Part shown: positions 13,656-29,016 of the stretch, in pieces | How positions within the stretch are numbered: the first letter of the stretch is position 1 | How the letters are laid out: every line of letters starts with the position of its first letter | Translations under genes and position numbers: made by a program | Assembly: GCA_964016885.1 (NCBI GenBank) | Contig: OZ024764.1 | Coordinates: forward strand, 15,314,001-15,378,000 | Reading direction: 5' to 3' | DNA length: 64,000 bases | DNA from: Eledone cirrhosa | Lineage: Eukaryota | Notes under the pieces: generated by a model | The model's input: the letters and a program-made list of their open reading frames with translations, nothing else | What the model was told of the DNA's origin: nothing | Databases searched by the model: none

Positions 13656-13947
13656 CCCTTTACCATTTACATTAGTCTATATATACTATTGTATTTTCAC
13701 AGTAAAGGCTTTACCTCACATAATATCTCACATAACATTTACATTACTCTATATATACTATTGTATTTTCACAGTAAAGGCTTTACCTCACATAATATCT
13801 CACATAATATCGAATCTATGAGATTTTTAAAGTATTTATTTTGAGAACAATACCGTAACATCAGTTTGAGCGACCAGTTACAGCCAGTTTCAACTGTAAG
13901 AGGTGAGAGAATTCTGGCCGGTTTTGGCTGGTTTGAACATTAAAGGG
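13656..13947. mobile_element. piggyBac-like MITE copy (opposite orientation, about 2 units)
   Basis: TTAA|CCCTTT...AAAGGG|TTAA termini. Confidence 0.85.
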
Positions 13948-14744
13948 TTAAATAAACATTCATATATTTCCGTCACTAATTTACTCCTAATGCAGTTTAT
14001 ATATAATATCGTCTTTTTTTAATGTATCATGGATTACTTTATTGATTACATAAGACAGTGTAACACAGTCTTCGTTCCATTTCTGTGTATATTGTCAATT
14101 ACGATTTTATTTGATGTATCATATCTACATGTATATATACCTGCGTATAATATCAATATACACACTACACATGCTAGCAGATCTGACCAAATGCACTTAC
14201 AGAATGGAGGGGAATAAAATAATTCAATATACCCATGTTTAGTTTCTTTTGGTCATCGACAAGATCTGAACAAATTCACTTACAGAATAGAGGGGAACTT
14301 GTCAAAAAAGGGGCCAAGGATGCAATGTTTCCATTTGTATTTCCATTACTGACACAACTCGCAACATTTGGCATATCGCAGCAACGTGAAATAAAGTGTC
14401 TTCTTCAGGGACATACCCTCTCACCCGGTTCAGGAATCGAATTCGCAACCTCACGTTTGCGTATCAAATCTCTAACCTCGACGTCACGTGCATTCACAAA
14501 TTGTTAGAAGTGCATAAAATCCGATCATCATCATCATCATCATCAACGTTTAACGTCCGTGTTCCACGCTTGCATGGGTTTGGACGGGGGTAGTCCCACT
14601 TGAGGCAAGAGTGATTGTCTTGCTCGCATAGGACTGTCTGGCGGGTTTTCTACAGCTGGATGCCCTTCCTAACACCAACCACATTTACAGTGTGGGTCTG
14701 GGAGGTTTTTACCGTGTTGCCTACATATGATTGTATATTGTTGA

Positions 14745-15630
14745 ATTGGGTTATTTCCACATTTCCTGGTGTTTCCGGGTATCTCCGGCTGTTTTCGGTT
14801 ATTTCCGGTTGTTTCCGGGTATTTCCGGGTATCTTCGGTTATTTCTGGGTATCTTCGACTGTTTTCGGTTGTTTCCGGGTTATTTTCGGGTATCTCCAGC
14901 TGTTTTCGGTTATTTCTGGGTATTTCCGGCTATTTTCGGGTATCTCCGGCTGTTTCCGGGTATCTCCGGTCATTTTTTGTTATTCCGGCTATTTTCGACA
15001 GTTTCCGGCTATTTCCGGGTGTTTCCGCGTATCTCCGGTTATTTCCTGGTGTTTCCGGGTATATCCGGCTGTTTTCGGTTATCTCCGGCTATTTTCGGGT
15101 ATCTCCGGCTGTTTTCGGTTATTTTCGGGTATCTCCGGACATTTTAGGTTATTCCGGTTATTTCCGGGTATATTCGACAGTTTTCGGGTATTTCCGGTTG
15201 TTTCCGCGTATCTCCGGTTATTTCCGGCTGTTTTCGGTTATTTCCGGCTATCTCCGGGTATTTTCGGTTATTTCCGGCTATCTCCGGGTATTTCCGGCTA
15301 TCTCCGGGTATTTTCGGTTATTTCCGGGTATTTTCGGTTATTTCCGGGTATCTCCGGCTGTTTTCGGTTATTTCCGGGTGTTTCCGGCTATTTCCGACTG
15401 TCTTCGGTTGTTTCCGGCTATTTTCGGTTATTTCCGGCTATTTCCGGGTATCTCCGGCTATTTCCGGGTTTTCCCGATTATTGGCGGCTATTTCCGTCTA
15501 TTTCTGTTCGATTTTCCGTCTAATTTCTGGCTACTTCCGTCCATTTTCCGACGATTTTCTGTCTATTTAGACGTCGATCTTCCGCCTCTTTTCCGTCGAT
15601 TTTCGTTCGATTTTCTGTCGATTTTCCGTC
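14745..15630. repeat. Degenerate satellite with a period of about 10 bp (tatttccggg / ttttcggtta), CpG-rich
   Basis: Visible short-period repeat that produces the spurious FRVFPG ORFs. Confidence 0.9.
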
Positions 15631-15855
15631 AATTTTTCTTTATTGACCATAAATGCCTACATACAGGGGTCAATACAATAGACAGGGAGACACTGGGGTT
15701 TACATGTAAAAAATATAAATAACGATAACAAAATATCAAAAATGCATTAGGCACAAGGCTAACCCTTCAGGATTTAAAATGGCTGTATCTGGCCAGAAAT
15801 ATATGTGTGTGTATATATATATATATGTGTGCGTGTGTATGTAAGTGTTTATATG

Positions 15856-15896
<41 letters not shown>

Positions 15897-16014
15897 TCGT
15901 GTGTATGTGTATATATATATGTGTGTGTGTGTGTGTATAAGTGTTTATATGTATATATTATTTGTATATATTATGTATATATGTATATATTATATGTATA
16001 TATTATTTTTTCTA

Positions 16015-16215
16015 TCGCACCGTTTCCTTTCGCTATATGTCTCTCCACCACTCCCCTACACACCTTTTGAACTCTGTCCCCACACACTTCTCCCCTGAAG
16101 AAGGGCTTATGCCCGAAACGTCGTCCCCCACCTACCCCCCACTCTCCTGAGCGTGAAATTAATAAACATTTTTTGTACTGCCTCTCTGTTTTGTCCCTGT
16201 TCAAATGTTTCCATT
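16015..16215 (+). mobile_element. Penelope-like terminal repeat fragment with a minimal hammerhead core
   Basis: CTGAAGA-A-GGGC-ttat-GCCC-GAAACGTC at 16095-16122, then AATAAA at 16161. Stem I does not pair. Confidence 0.6.
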
Positions 16216-17149
16216 ATATATATGTGTGAGTGTGTGTGTGTATGTATATATATATATGTGTGTGTATATATGTGTGTATATATATATGTATGTATGTATG
16301 TATGTATATAGTCATTGTCTCCCTCTACATGTTTCAAGGCAACCCCCCAACCCCACCCCCACCTCTAGTAATTTCTTTGTTATTCTTTTCTTTGCTTCTT
16401 TCTTTCACAAGACACAAGCCAAGCTGGCCTCCTGCAGTTGTCATGACAACCAGCCTGACCTGCTGTTGCCATGACGACTAGTTAGATGTGGGGGGGGGGG
16501 GGGGTAACAAAGGTTTTACTGCATTCATTCATCTGTGCTGGACTGGAGAATGGTATGGTATGGTGGTGGTGGTGGTGGTGTAGTGGTGGTGGTGGGGGTT
16601 TAGTGCAGAGGGCACAACCACTACACCACCACCACTACCACACCACCACCACAACCAGCACCACTACACCACTACCACCACCACTACACCACACCACTAC
16701 AACCAGCACCACTACACCACTACCACTACCACACCACTACACCATCACACCACTACACCACCACCACTACCACCACCACTACACCACTACCACCAGCACC
16801 ACTACACCACTACACCACACCACACCACTACAACCAGCACCACTACACCACTACCACCACCACTACACCACCACCACCATTTAATCCTATACAAAAGCTG
16901 GTTTATAGAATTAACTTAGATTATGGACATATTGATGATTTGTAAGTCAACACATGATGATGATGATGGTGATGGTGATGATGGTGGTATTGATGATGAT
17001 GATGGTGGTGGTATTGATGATGAAAGTCTGAACAATGTATGATTTATGTGAACAGCTGTGTTGTGGCCTAAATCTCTGGCTGTGTATGTGTCCATCAGTC
17101 ATGAGGACAGGCCAAAACACAGTAAAGTAGTCATGATGGTGACAGTAGA

Positions 17150-17900
17150 AAGCACCCAGTCCTCACTGTAAAGTCACAACAAAAAGTACCCAGTCCTCAT
17201 TGTAAAGTGGTCATGTAGGTGTCACAACAAAAAGCACCCAGTCCACACTGTAAAGTGGTCATGTAGGTGTCACAACAAAAAACACCCAGTCCTCACTGTA
17301 AAGTCACAACAAAAAGTACCCAGTCCACACTGTAAAGTGGTTATGTAGGTGTCACAACAAAAAGCACCCAGTCCACACTGTAAAGTGGTCATGTAGGTGT
17401 CACAACAAAAAACACCCAGTCCACACTGTAAAGTGGTCATGTAGGTGTCACAACAAAAAACACCCAGTCCTCACTGTAAAGTCACAACAAAAAGTACCCA
17501 GTCCTCATTGTAAAGTGGTCATGTAGGTGTCACAACAAAAAACACCCAGTCCACACTGTAAAGTGGTCATGTAGGTGTCACAACAAAAAACACCCAGTCC
17601 ACACTGTAAAGTGGTCATGTAGGTGTCACAACAAAAAACACCCAGTCCTCACTGTAAAGTCACAACAAAAAGTACCCAGTCCTCATTGTAAAGTGGTCAT
17701 GTAGGTGTCACAACAAAAAGCACCCACTACTCACTGTAAATGAGGTTGACACTAGGAAGGGCATCCAGCTGTAGAAACCAAACCAAACCAAACTCAGTTC
17801 TGTATGAGCAAGACATGGTCACCTGACCTGGCATTGCTCACAACAGGATAACTCGTCTAACCCATGCTAGCATGGAAATATGGACGTAAAACGATGATGA
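17150..17900 (+). repeat. SINE with a 48-bp array (17150-17745) interspersed with a deleted 31-bp variant
   Basis: Array followed by ggaagggcatccagctg...aacgatgatgat tail. Confidence 0.85.
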
Positions 17901-17929
17901 TCACACACACACACACACACACACATTTA

Positions 17930-18275
17930 TTGAGTAGTGACTTGCGTTTCTCTATTGAACAGCTCAAGGTTTGTTTTGTATCGATCTGGCCCAACTCTGG
18001 AATCAAAAACTCGTTGGACCTCTGCTGTTATAATGACAGCAGAGGTCCAACGAGTTTTTGATTCCAGAGTTGGGCCCGATCGATACAAATCAAGCCTTCA
18101 GCTGTTCAATAGAGAAACGCAAGTCACTACTCAAACGTAATGAAGACGTAACAAATCAGCCTTGTATCATTATATTTACACTCTGTCTAGTTCTACGCCT
18201 CGTTACAGACGGGTTAACTACGTATTGTGTGTTCACTCGGGTGAAACTACAGTAACAAGATGTTACACTCCCTGT
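17930..18275. mobile_element. Palindromic element with arms of about 100 bp (17930-18134) and a one-sided extension
   Basis: Inverted arms read directly; flanked by (CA)n and (TA)n. Confidence 0.7.
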
Positions 18276-18320
<45 letters not shown>

Positions 18321-18893
18321 TGTGTGTGTGTGTGTATATAAATATATATATATACTCATGCTTCCCAAAATACGCCAAAACTACACCTGATGTACCCCTT
18401 CCATACACACGCACACATGTCTGTATCATGACTCGTGCACTGTTCATTTTACTGATGTTTGTGCATTGCCCTATGTACTGTACATGCACTTTTTTGATGA
18501 GTTGTGGTGCACCTGGGCACTGTGCACAATATTTCGTTATTGTTATTATATCATGACTCATACACTGTTTATTTTCCTGACATTTGTACATTATTCTATG
18601 TACTATACATGCACCTTTGATGAGTTGTAGTGTACCTGAGCACTGTACACAATAATTTCATTATTATTATTATTATATATATAGTATTAAGGATACTATT
18701 TATGGTTATGTATGTAATAAAACCTTTTATGGTAATATATTTATTTATACAACCCTAAATAGAGAAAGATAGTCATTAATTACTATCCTATTACCAGTAA
18801 GATAAATAGCTCAATGTAATAACATCAGTTGTTTTACAGAGCAGTTATATAGCACCTATATATATATATATATATATATACACATAGCTACAC

Positions 18894-18962
<69 letters not shown>

Positions 18963-19170
18963 CATATATATATACACTCACATATATACATAAATATATA
19001 TGTATATATATATATATATATATACATAAATATACATATATATATATATGGAAAGTTATATTTAAATTGTTGGGTTACAACGAGTAAATATTTATAACTG
19101 ATATAAAATAACTGATATATATATATATGTACACATAGATACACAGATGTACACACAGATATATATATAT

Positions 19171-19205
<35 letters not shown>

Positions 19206-19912
19206 CACACACATACATATATATATATACACTCACATATATACATAAATATATATGTATATATATATATACATAAATATACATTGATAAATTCCGACCT
19301 CACACACTTACACCTCTCCAAGACAATGTCACTGGACCGAGACCTTTGGCGCTACACAGAAATAGAGAAGACCCGCCTTACCTAAGTACAAAGTGAAACC
19401 TACTACAGTCAGTAGGCACCTCTAACAAAATACGCCCCCGTCCCACTACCCCCACCCCATCCACGCCACCCCTTTCAATGTAAAGTTATGTTGGTGTCAC
19501 AACATCCAGTCCTAAACAAATGAGGTCGTGTAGGTGTCACGACAAAAAAACACACAGTCTACGCTGTAATGTGGCCGTGTAGGCAACACGGTAAAAACCT
19601 CCCAGCCCCACACTGTAAATGTGGTTGGTGTTAGGAAGGGCATCCAGCTGTAGAAAACCCGCCAGACAGTCCTATGCGAGCAAGACAACCACTCTTGCCT
19701 CAAGTGGGAAAACTCCCGTCCAAACCCATGCAAGCGTGGAACACGGGCGTTAAACGATGATGATGATATATATACATATATATATATATATGTACACATA
19801 GATACACAGATATACACACACACATATATATATATACACACATACATATATATATACACTCACATATATACATAAATATATATGTATATATATATACATA
19901 AATATACATATT

Positions 19913-19944
<32 letters not shown>

Positions 19945-20131
19945 GATACACAGATATACACACACAGATATATATATATATATACACACACACACATAAA
20001 TATATATATATATATACACACATACATATATATATACACTCACATACATATATATATACACTCACATATATACATAAATATATGTATATATATGCACATA
20101 GATACACAGATATACACACAGATATATATAT

Positions 20132-20173
<42 letters not shown>

Positions 20174-20275
20174 ATATATATATACACTCACATATATACA
20201 TAAATATATGTATATATATACATAAATATACATACATATATATATATACATAGATACACAGATATACACACACAG

Positions 20276-20347
<72 letters not shown>

Positions 20348-20483
20348 ATATATATATACACTCACATATATACATAAATATATGTATATATATACATACA
20401 CATAGATACACAGATATACACACAGATATATATATATATACACACACACATATATATATATACACACACATATATATATATAT

Positions 20484-20522
<39 letters not shown>

Positions 20523-20587
20523 TATATATATATATACACATAGATACACACACAGATATATATATATATATATACACACACACATAA

Positions 20588-20619
<32 letters not shown>

Positions 20620-20714
20620 ATATATATATACACTCACATATATACATAAATATACATATATATATAAATTATTAAAAAAATAATGAATAATCTACTTTTG
20701 GTAGATTTATCTAC

Positions 20715-20773
<59 letters not shown>

Positions 20774-20792
20774 TATATATATATATGTGTAT

Positions 20793-20957
<165 letters not shown>

Positions 20958-21121
20958 CACACCTGTGTAGGAAGGTACAGTTAATGACAGCACAAGTGAC
21001 ACCTTAGGAAGTGACAAGGTAGACTATGCCAGATATGACCTCCTCGTGACCTCAAACAACTATAGATGAAGGTCAAGGCAGGAGAGTCTGTCATTATCTA
21101 CTGAAATCCCGCCCAGGTTAA

Positions 21122-21794
21122 CCCATTAATGTTCAAACCGGCCAAAACCGGCCAAAACCGGCCAGAATTCTCTACCTTTTTCTGTTGAAACTGGCTGTAA
21201 CTGGTCGCTCAAACTGATGTTAAGGTATTGTTCTCAAAATAATACTTTCAACATCTCATTGATTCGGTATTATGTGAGGTAAAGCCTTTACTGTGACAAT
21301 ACAATAGTATATATAGAGTAATGTAAATGTTATGTGAGATATTATGTGAGGTAAAGCCTTTACTGTGAAAATACAATAGTATATAAAGTAAAGCCTTTAC
21401 TGTGAAAATACAATAGTATATATAGAGTAATGTAAATGTTATGTGAGGTATTATGTGAGGTAAAGCCTTTACTGTGAAAATACAATAGTATATATAGAGT
21501 AATGTAAATGTTATGTGAGATATTATGTGAGGTAAAGCCTTTACTGTGACAATACAATAGTATATATAGAGTAATGTAAATGTTATGTGAGATATTATGT
21601 GAGGTAAAGCCTTTACTGTGACAATACAATAGTATATATAGAGTAATGTAAATGTTATGTGAGATATTATGTGAGGTAAAGCCTTTACTGTGAAAATACA
21701 ATAGTATATATAGAGTAATGTAAATGTTATGTGAGATAAAGCCTTTACTGTGAAAATACAATAGTATATATAGAGTAATGTAAATGCTAAAGGG
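21122..21794. mobile_element. piggyBac-like MITE copy with a 72-bp array (about 7-8 units, some internally deleted)
   Basis: TTAA|CCC...AAAGGG|TTAA termini. Confidence 0.85.
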
Positions 21795-22088
21795 TTAACT
21801 TTGCCTTTCATCCTTACGGGGGTCAATAAAATAAAGTACTAGTAATGTACTGAACTAATTGCTGGCCTTGTGCCAAAAGTAGATACAATTATTATTATTA
21901 TTGCTGTTGTTGTTACTGTTGTTGTTATTATTGTTGTTGTTGTTGCTGTTACTGTTGTTGTTGTTACTGTTGTTGTTATTATTGCTGTTGTTGTTGTTGT
22001 TGTATAATATAAATCAGGTTTGGCAGTCTTTGTCGCTAGTCAGGTGTGTTATTTTCCTTTTTTTTGTTTCTTTAATTAGATAATTGAG

Positions 22089-22122
<34 letters not shown>

Positions 22123-22273
22123 TGTATGTGTGTGTGCATAAGTGTGTGTGTGTGTATATGTGAGAGATTGTGTGTGTGTGTATGTATATGAGAGTGTGTG
22201 TGAGTATGAGAGAGTGTGTGTGAATATGTATGTGTGATTACCTGAGACAACCTACATACACATACACATATAT

Positions 22274-22344
<71 letters not shown>

Positions 22345-22471
22345 GACACAAACACACTCGCATACATATATACACTCATATATATAAATGTATACATATA
22401 TACACATACACACACACATACACACAAACACACTCACATACATATATACACTCATATATATAAATGTATAC

Positions 22472-22510
<39 letters not shown>

Positions 22511-22840
22511 TACACACAAATACACTCACATATACACACTCATATATATAAATATATATATATACACACACACAAACACTCATATTTATACACACACAAA
22601 TACACACACACAAATATATATATACATATATATATATAGAAAATATAAAATGGTAATAAGGTAGTAATAAATTACTGTCTTTCACTAATTAGGGTTTAAA
22701 ATATATATAACTATACAAGGTTTTAGTATATACATAACCATAAATAGTATCCTTAATACTATATACATATATATGCAGATAGCAAGCTGAAGTTCCCTCA
22801 GTACAGATGGAGATAAAAGAATTATATATACATACATGTG

Positions 22841-22933
<93 letters not shown>

Positions 22934-23012
22934 CAGTCTGGGTACTTTGTTTCTTTGTCAGATACCAGCAACTTGATTATAGGAAGATTTTATGTAATTA
23001 TATGCAAGATAA

Positions 23013-23081
<69 letters not shown>

Positions 23082-23119
23082 AGATGAATGTATGTATGTG
23101 TGTATATATATAATGTATG

Positions 23120-23177
<58 letters not shown>

Positions 23178-23281
23178 CATTATATATATATACACATACA
23201 TACATTCATCTATACATACATACATATATACATTCATACATACATATTTATGCATACACATGTGTATATTCTATATATATA

Positions 23282-23620
23282 TCATCATCATCATTTTACT
23301 TCCGCTTTTTCCCTGCTTGCAAGGGTGGGACGGGAACTGATTCTGGCTTGATCTCTACAGCTGGATGCCCTTCCTAACACCAACCTCATTTACAGTGAGT
23401 GCTGGGTGCTTTTTTGCCGTGGCGCCTCCACGACCACTTTACAGTGGAATGATATGGACCCCAGTCCCTATCATCTCATTTCTACAGCTGAGTAAAAACT
23501 GGAGCAATGTGAAATAAAGTGTCTTGCTCAAGGAAACAACACATCACCCGGTCTGAGAATTGAACTCACAACCTTTCGATTGCAAGGCCAATGCTCTAAC
23601 CACTAAGCCATGTGCCTCCA
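23282..23620 (-). mobile_element. Near full-length tRNA-derived SINE with a (GAT)n tail; the most abundant interspersed family in the window
   Basis: Minus strand reads TGGCTTAGTGG (A box) ... GTTCAATTC (B box), a central ttgagcaagacac domain, aggaagggcatccagctgtag and a (GAT)n tail. Many partial copies occur across the window. Confidence 0.8.
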
Positions 23621-24104
23621 TATATATATACTAGCATAGTACTTGTCAAAATGATGTGGTGTACAGTAAAAATATATCTAATTTTATAACTTCTTGATTA
23701 CAACAAAATGTAGGCATATGAACACACATAGACATATGTACACACAAACATATGTATACATAGAGATTCATACACATATAGACACATATTTAAATACATA
23801 TACATACATACATACACATAGGTACATACACATATGCATACACAGATTCATACAAATACTCTTACATACACGCATATATATGTATATACACAGATTCATA
23901 TATACACTCTTACATACACGCATATATATGTATATACACAGATTCATATATACACTCTTGCAAACATATATATACATATATATATAGATACACGTTTCTA
24001 GATAAGCAATGATGTATAGATAAATAGTTAGATAACCTTCCTCGCACAGCCCAGTCATAATGTTAAACACACCCTAGCTATATATATACATGTGTGTGTG
24101 TGGA

Positions 24105-24138
<34 letters not shown>

Positions 24139-24149
24139 CATGTGTGTGG

Positions 24150-24188
<39 letters not shown>

Positions 24189-24202
24189 TGTGTGTATGTG
24201 TC

Positions 24203-24238
<36 letters not shown>

Positions 24239-24430
24239 CATATATATATATACATATATATATATACATACAAATATACATATATATATATATAGGAGGT
24301 GAGTTTTATTGTAGTACAATAAAGCAATGTAGATATCGGATAAGAAGCACTCTACAGTTTGTAGGACTGGAGTATACATAATATATAAGATCAACTCATT
24401 TAACCATCTTTTGATCTTATATATTATATA

Positions 24431-24469
<39 letters not shown>

Positions 24470-24602
24470 TATATTAGTAAAAGGAAAAGAAAATGCTGAC
24501 AAATTGTTCACAGTGAAAAATAGTTTAATTAGGAATAAGTGAAAATTAGTAATAAGTATTGGTTAGTATTCAGTTTTAGTTTTAAGTTTTTACCTGTTGC
24601 GC

Positions 24603-24723
24603 ATTTCTAATGCTTTTCAAAAATAATTTTGAGATAGAGCGTCCGTGATGTTTGCTCTAATCTGATTAGAGCAAACAGCACGAGCGCTCTAGCTCAAAAT
24701 TATTTTTGAAAAGCATTAGAAAT
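24603..24723. repeat. Palindrome with arms of about 60 bp
   Basis: atttctaatgcttttcaaaaataattttgag... / ...ctcaaaattatttttgaaaagcattagaaat. Confidence 0.85.
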
Positions 24724-24938
24724 ACTGATGTTTGTGCATTGCCCTATGTACTGTACATGCACTTTTTTGATGAGTTGTGGTGCACCTGGGCACTGTACAC
24801 AATATTTCATTATTGTTATTGTTATTATATCATGACTCATACACTGTTTATTTTCCTGACATTTGTACATTATTCTATGTACTATACATGCACCTTTGAT
24901 GAGTTGTAGTGCACCTGAGCACTGTACACAATAATTTC

Positions 24939-25003
<65 letters not shown>

Positions 25004-25117
25004 CATATATATATATGTATATTTTCAGCACTTTCTTTTTCTTTTACTAATATATCACAACTCGTGTGTTACACGTCTATTTTTTTAAATATATATATAT
25101 ACATATATATATATATA

Positions 25118-25300
25118 CTAGCAGAGGTACCCGGCGTTGCTCGGGGTATTAAATAGCAGTTATGTATACCATTTATGTCAATACTTCAGTGGTGCTTCGA
25201 AAACTATACTTTTACAAAATCATCGGCTTTTTCCCAAAGGGGGTTCCTGGCCCCAGGGGTCTCCTACTCAATATGTGCAAATTCACATTCATCTGTAGAA
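25118..25300 (-). mobile_element. Helitron-type 3' terminus
   Basis: Minus strand ends with a GC hairpin CCCGAGCAACGCCGGG, a short spacer and CTAG|T, which is the canonical Helitron 3' end. Confidence 0.7.
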
Positions 25301-25428
25301 CAAACGTAGCCCATGTGTCAGGCTTTGTGAAAATCAGCTGCGAACTCCAGAAGTTATGACGTTTTGTTGCATTGCACTGCAGTTCTTCAGTCGACTCCAA
25401 GGAAGCCGTCAAAGGGGGTTATCTGCCC

Positions 25429-28053
25429 GGAGTAGACAGGAGGCCAAGAGTATATTGTGTTGTGACTAGCAACAGCCCCTCTCCCTGAGAAGCAGAGGCT
25501 GTGTGCAGGAGTAGACAGGAGGCCAAGAGTATATTGTGTTGTGACTAGCAACAGCCCCTCTCCCTGAGAAGCAGAGGCTGTGTGCAGGAGTAGACAGGAG
25601 GCCAAGAGTATATTGTGTTGTGACTAGCAACAGCCCCTCTCCCTGAGAAGCAGAGGCTGTGTGCAGGAGTAGACAGGAGGCCAAGAGTATATTGTGTTGT
25701 GACTAGCAACAGCCCCTCTCCCTGAGAAGCAGAGGCTGTGTGCAGGAGTAGACAGGAGGCCAAGAGTATATTGTGTTGTGACTAGCAACAGCCCCTCTCC
25801 CTGAGAAGCAGAGGCTGTGTGCAGGAGTAGACAGGAGGCCAAGAGTATATTGTGTTGTGACTAGCAACACCCCCTCTCCCTGAGAAGCAGAGGTTGTGTG
25901 CAGGAGTAGACAGGAGGCCAAGAGTATATTGTGTTGTGACTAGCAACAGCCCCTCTCCCTGAGAAGCAGAGGCTATGTGCAGGAGTAGACAGGAGGCCAA
26001 GAGTATATTGTGTTGTGACTAGCAACAGCCCCTCTCCCTGAGAAGCAGAGGCTGTGTGCAGGAGTAGACAGGAGGCCAAGAGTATATTGTGTTGTGACTA
26101 GCAACACCCCTTCTCCCTGAGAAGTAGAGGCTGTGTGCAGGAGTAGACAGGAGGCCAAGAGTATATTGTGTTGTGACTAGCAACACCCCTTCTCCCTGAG
26201 AAGCAGAGGCTGTGTGCAGGAGTAGACAGGAGGCCAAGAGTATATTGTGTTGTGACTAGCAACACCCCCTCTCCCTGAGAAGCAGAGGCTATGTGCAGGA
26301 GTAGACAGGAGGCCAAGAGTATATTGTGTTGTGACTAGCAACACCCCCTCTCCCTGAGAAGCAGAGGTTGTGTGCAGGAGTAGACAGGAGGCCAAGAGTA
26401 TATTGTGTTGTGACTAGCAACACCCCTTCTCCCTGAGAAGCAGAGGCTGTGTGCAGGAGTAGACAGGAGGCCAAGAGTATATTGTGTTGTGACTAGCAAC
26501 ACCCCCTCTCCCTGAGAAGCAGAGGCTATGTGCAGGAGTAGACAGGAGGCCAAGAGTATATTGTGTTGTGACTAGCAACACCCCCTCTCCCTGAGAAGCA
26601 GAGGTTGTGTGCAGGAGTAGACAGGAGGCCAAGAGTATATTGTGTTGTGACTAGCAACACCCCCTCTCCCTGAGAAGCAGAGGCTATGTGCAGGAGTAGA
26701 CAGGAGGCCAAGAGTATATTGTGTTGTGACTAGCAACACCCCCTCTCCCTGAGAAGCAGAGGTTGTGTGCAGGAGTAGACAGGAGGCCAAGAGTATATTG
26801 TGTTGTGACTAGCAACACCCCTTCTCCCTGAGAAGCAGAGGCTGTGTGCAGGAGTAGACAGGAGGCCAAGAGTATATTGTGTTGTGACTAGCAACACCCC
26901 CTCTCCCTGAGAAGCAGAGGCTGTGTGCAGGAGTAGACAGGAGGCCAAGAGTATATTGTGTTGTGACTAGCAACACCCCCTCTCCCTGAGAAGCAGAGGC
27001 TGTGTGCAGGAGTAGACAGGAGGCCAAGAGTATATTGTGTTGTGACTAGCAACACCCCCTCTCCCTGAGAAGCAGAGGCTGTGTGCAGGAGTAGACAGGA
27101 GGCCAAGAGTATATTGTGTTGTGACTAGCAACACCCCCTCTCCCTGAGAAGCAGAGGCTGTGTGCAGGAGTAGACAGGAGGCCAAGAGTATATTGTGTTG
27201 TGACTAGCAACACCCCCTCTCCCTGAGAAGCAGAGGCTGTGTGCAGGAGTAGACAGGAGGCCAAGAGTATATTGTGTTGTGACTAGCAACACCCCCTCTC
27301 CCTGAGAAGCAGAGGCTGTGTGCAGGAGTAGACAGGAGGCCAAGAGTATATTGTGTTGTGACTAGCAACACCCCCTCTCCCTGAGAAGCAGAGGTTGTGT
27401 GCAGGAGTAGACAGGAGGCCAAGAGTATATTGTGTTGTGACTAGCAACACCCCCTCTCCCTGAGAAGCAGAGGCTGTGTGCAGGAGTAGACAGGAGGCCA
27501 AGAGTATATTGTGTTGTGACTGGCAACACCCCTTCTCCCTGAGAAGCAGAGGCTTTGTGCAGGAGTAGACAGGAGGCCAAGAGTATATTGTGTTGTGACT
27601 AGCAACACCCCTTCTCCCTGAGAAGCAGAGGCTTTGTGCAGGAGTAGACAGGAGGCCAAGAGTATATTGTGTTGTGACTAGCAACACCCCCTCTCCCTGA
27701 GAAGCAGAGGTTGTGTGCAGGAGTAGACAGGAGGCCAAGAGTATATTGTGTTGTGACTAGCAACAGCCCCTCTCCCTGAGAAGCAGAGGCTGTGTGCAGG
27801 AGTAGACAGGAGGCCAAGAGTATATTGTGTTGTGACTAGCAACACCCCCTCTCCCTGAGAAGCAGAGGCTATGTGCAGGAGTAGACAGGAGGCCAAGAGT
27901 ATATTGTGTTGTGACTAGCAACAGCCCCTCTCCCTGAGAAGCAGAGGCTGTGTGCAGGAGTAGACAGGAGGCCAAGAGTATATTGTGTTGTGACTAGCAA
28001 CACCCCCTCTCCCTGAGAAGCAGAGGCTGTGTGCAGGAGTAGAGGAGGCCAAG
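25429..28053. repeat. 79-bp minisatellite, about 33 copies
   Basis: Unit ggagtagacaggaggccaagagtatattgtgttgtgactagcaacaccccctctccctgagaagcagaggctgtgtgca. Confidence 0.97.
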
Positions 28054-28159
28054 AGCGTCAGTGAAGTTCTTGCCAACATATGGAATTGCAAACACGTCAC
28101 ACCCACACCTACTGTGAAGTTAGCAAAGATTGAATATACTCCAAAAAACAAACAAGACT

Positions 28160-28455
28160 TGTGATGATGATGATGGTGGTGGTGGTGGTGGTGGTGGTGG
28201 TGGTGGTGTTGGTGGTGGTGTTGGTGGTGATGGTGGTGATGGTGGTGGTGATAGTGGTGGTGGTGGTGGTAGTAGTGGTGGTGATGATGGTAGTGGTTGT
28301 GGTGGTAGTAGTGGTGGTGGTGCTGGTGGTGGTGGTGGTAGTAGTGGTGGTGATGATGATGATAGTGGTAGTGGTGGTAGTAGTGGTGGTGGTAGTGGTG
28401 GTGATGATGATGATAGTGGTAGTGGTGGTGGTAGTAGTGGTAGTGGTAGTAGTAA
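28160..28455. repeat. (GGT/AGT/GAT)n trinucleotide tract
   Basis: Direct inspection. Confidence 0.95.
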
Positions 28456-28537
28456 TTGTGGTTATATATAACATTTTGGGCAGTACTTGAAATACAGTTT
28501 CTTATCATTTTATTGATGTCTACAGTTAGACAAACAC

Positions 28538-28571
<34 letters not shown>

Positions 28572-28586
28572 ATATACATATATATA

Positions 28587-28620
<34 letters not shown>

Positions 28621-28646
28621 TATATACATATATATACATATATATA

Positions 28647-28711
<65 letters not shown>

Positions 28712-28725
28712 ATATACATATATAT

Positions 28726-28764
<39 letters not shown>

Positions 28765-28833
28765 TAAACACATATATATATATATAGATTTATATACACA
28801 CACACATATATATATACATATATATATATATAT

Positions 28834-28874
<41 letters not shown>

Positions 28875-29016
28875 TATATATATACACACACATATATATA
28901 TATACATATATATACACTCATGCATATATATATACGTATTCCACATCCTAACACTCCACCCTTCTTACAATCGCTAGGTCTGCCTCCCCAATTACCTCAC
29001 AACTTACCCACTGAAG

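Noticed and set aside
14615-15722. 300-aa FRVFPG-type ORFs
   Set aside because: They are products of the 10-bp satellite, which lacks stops in several frames.
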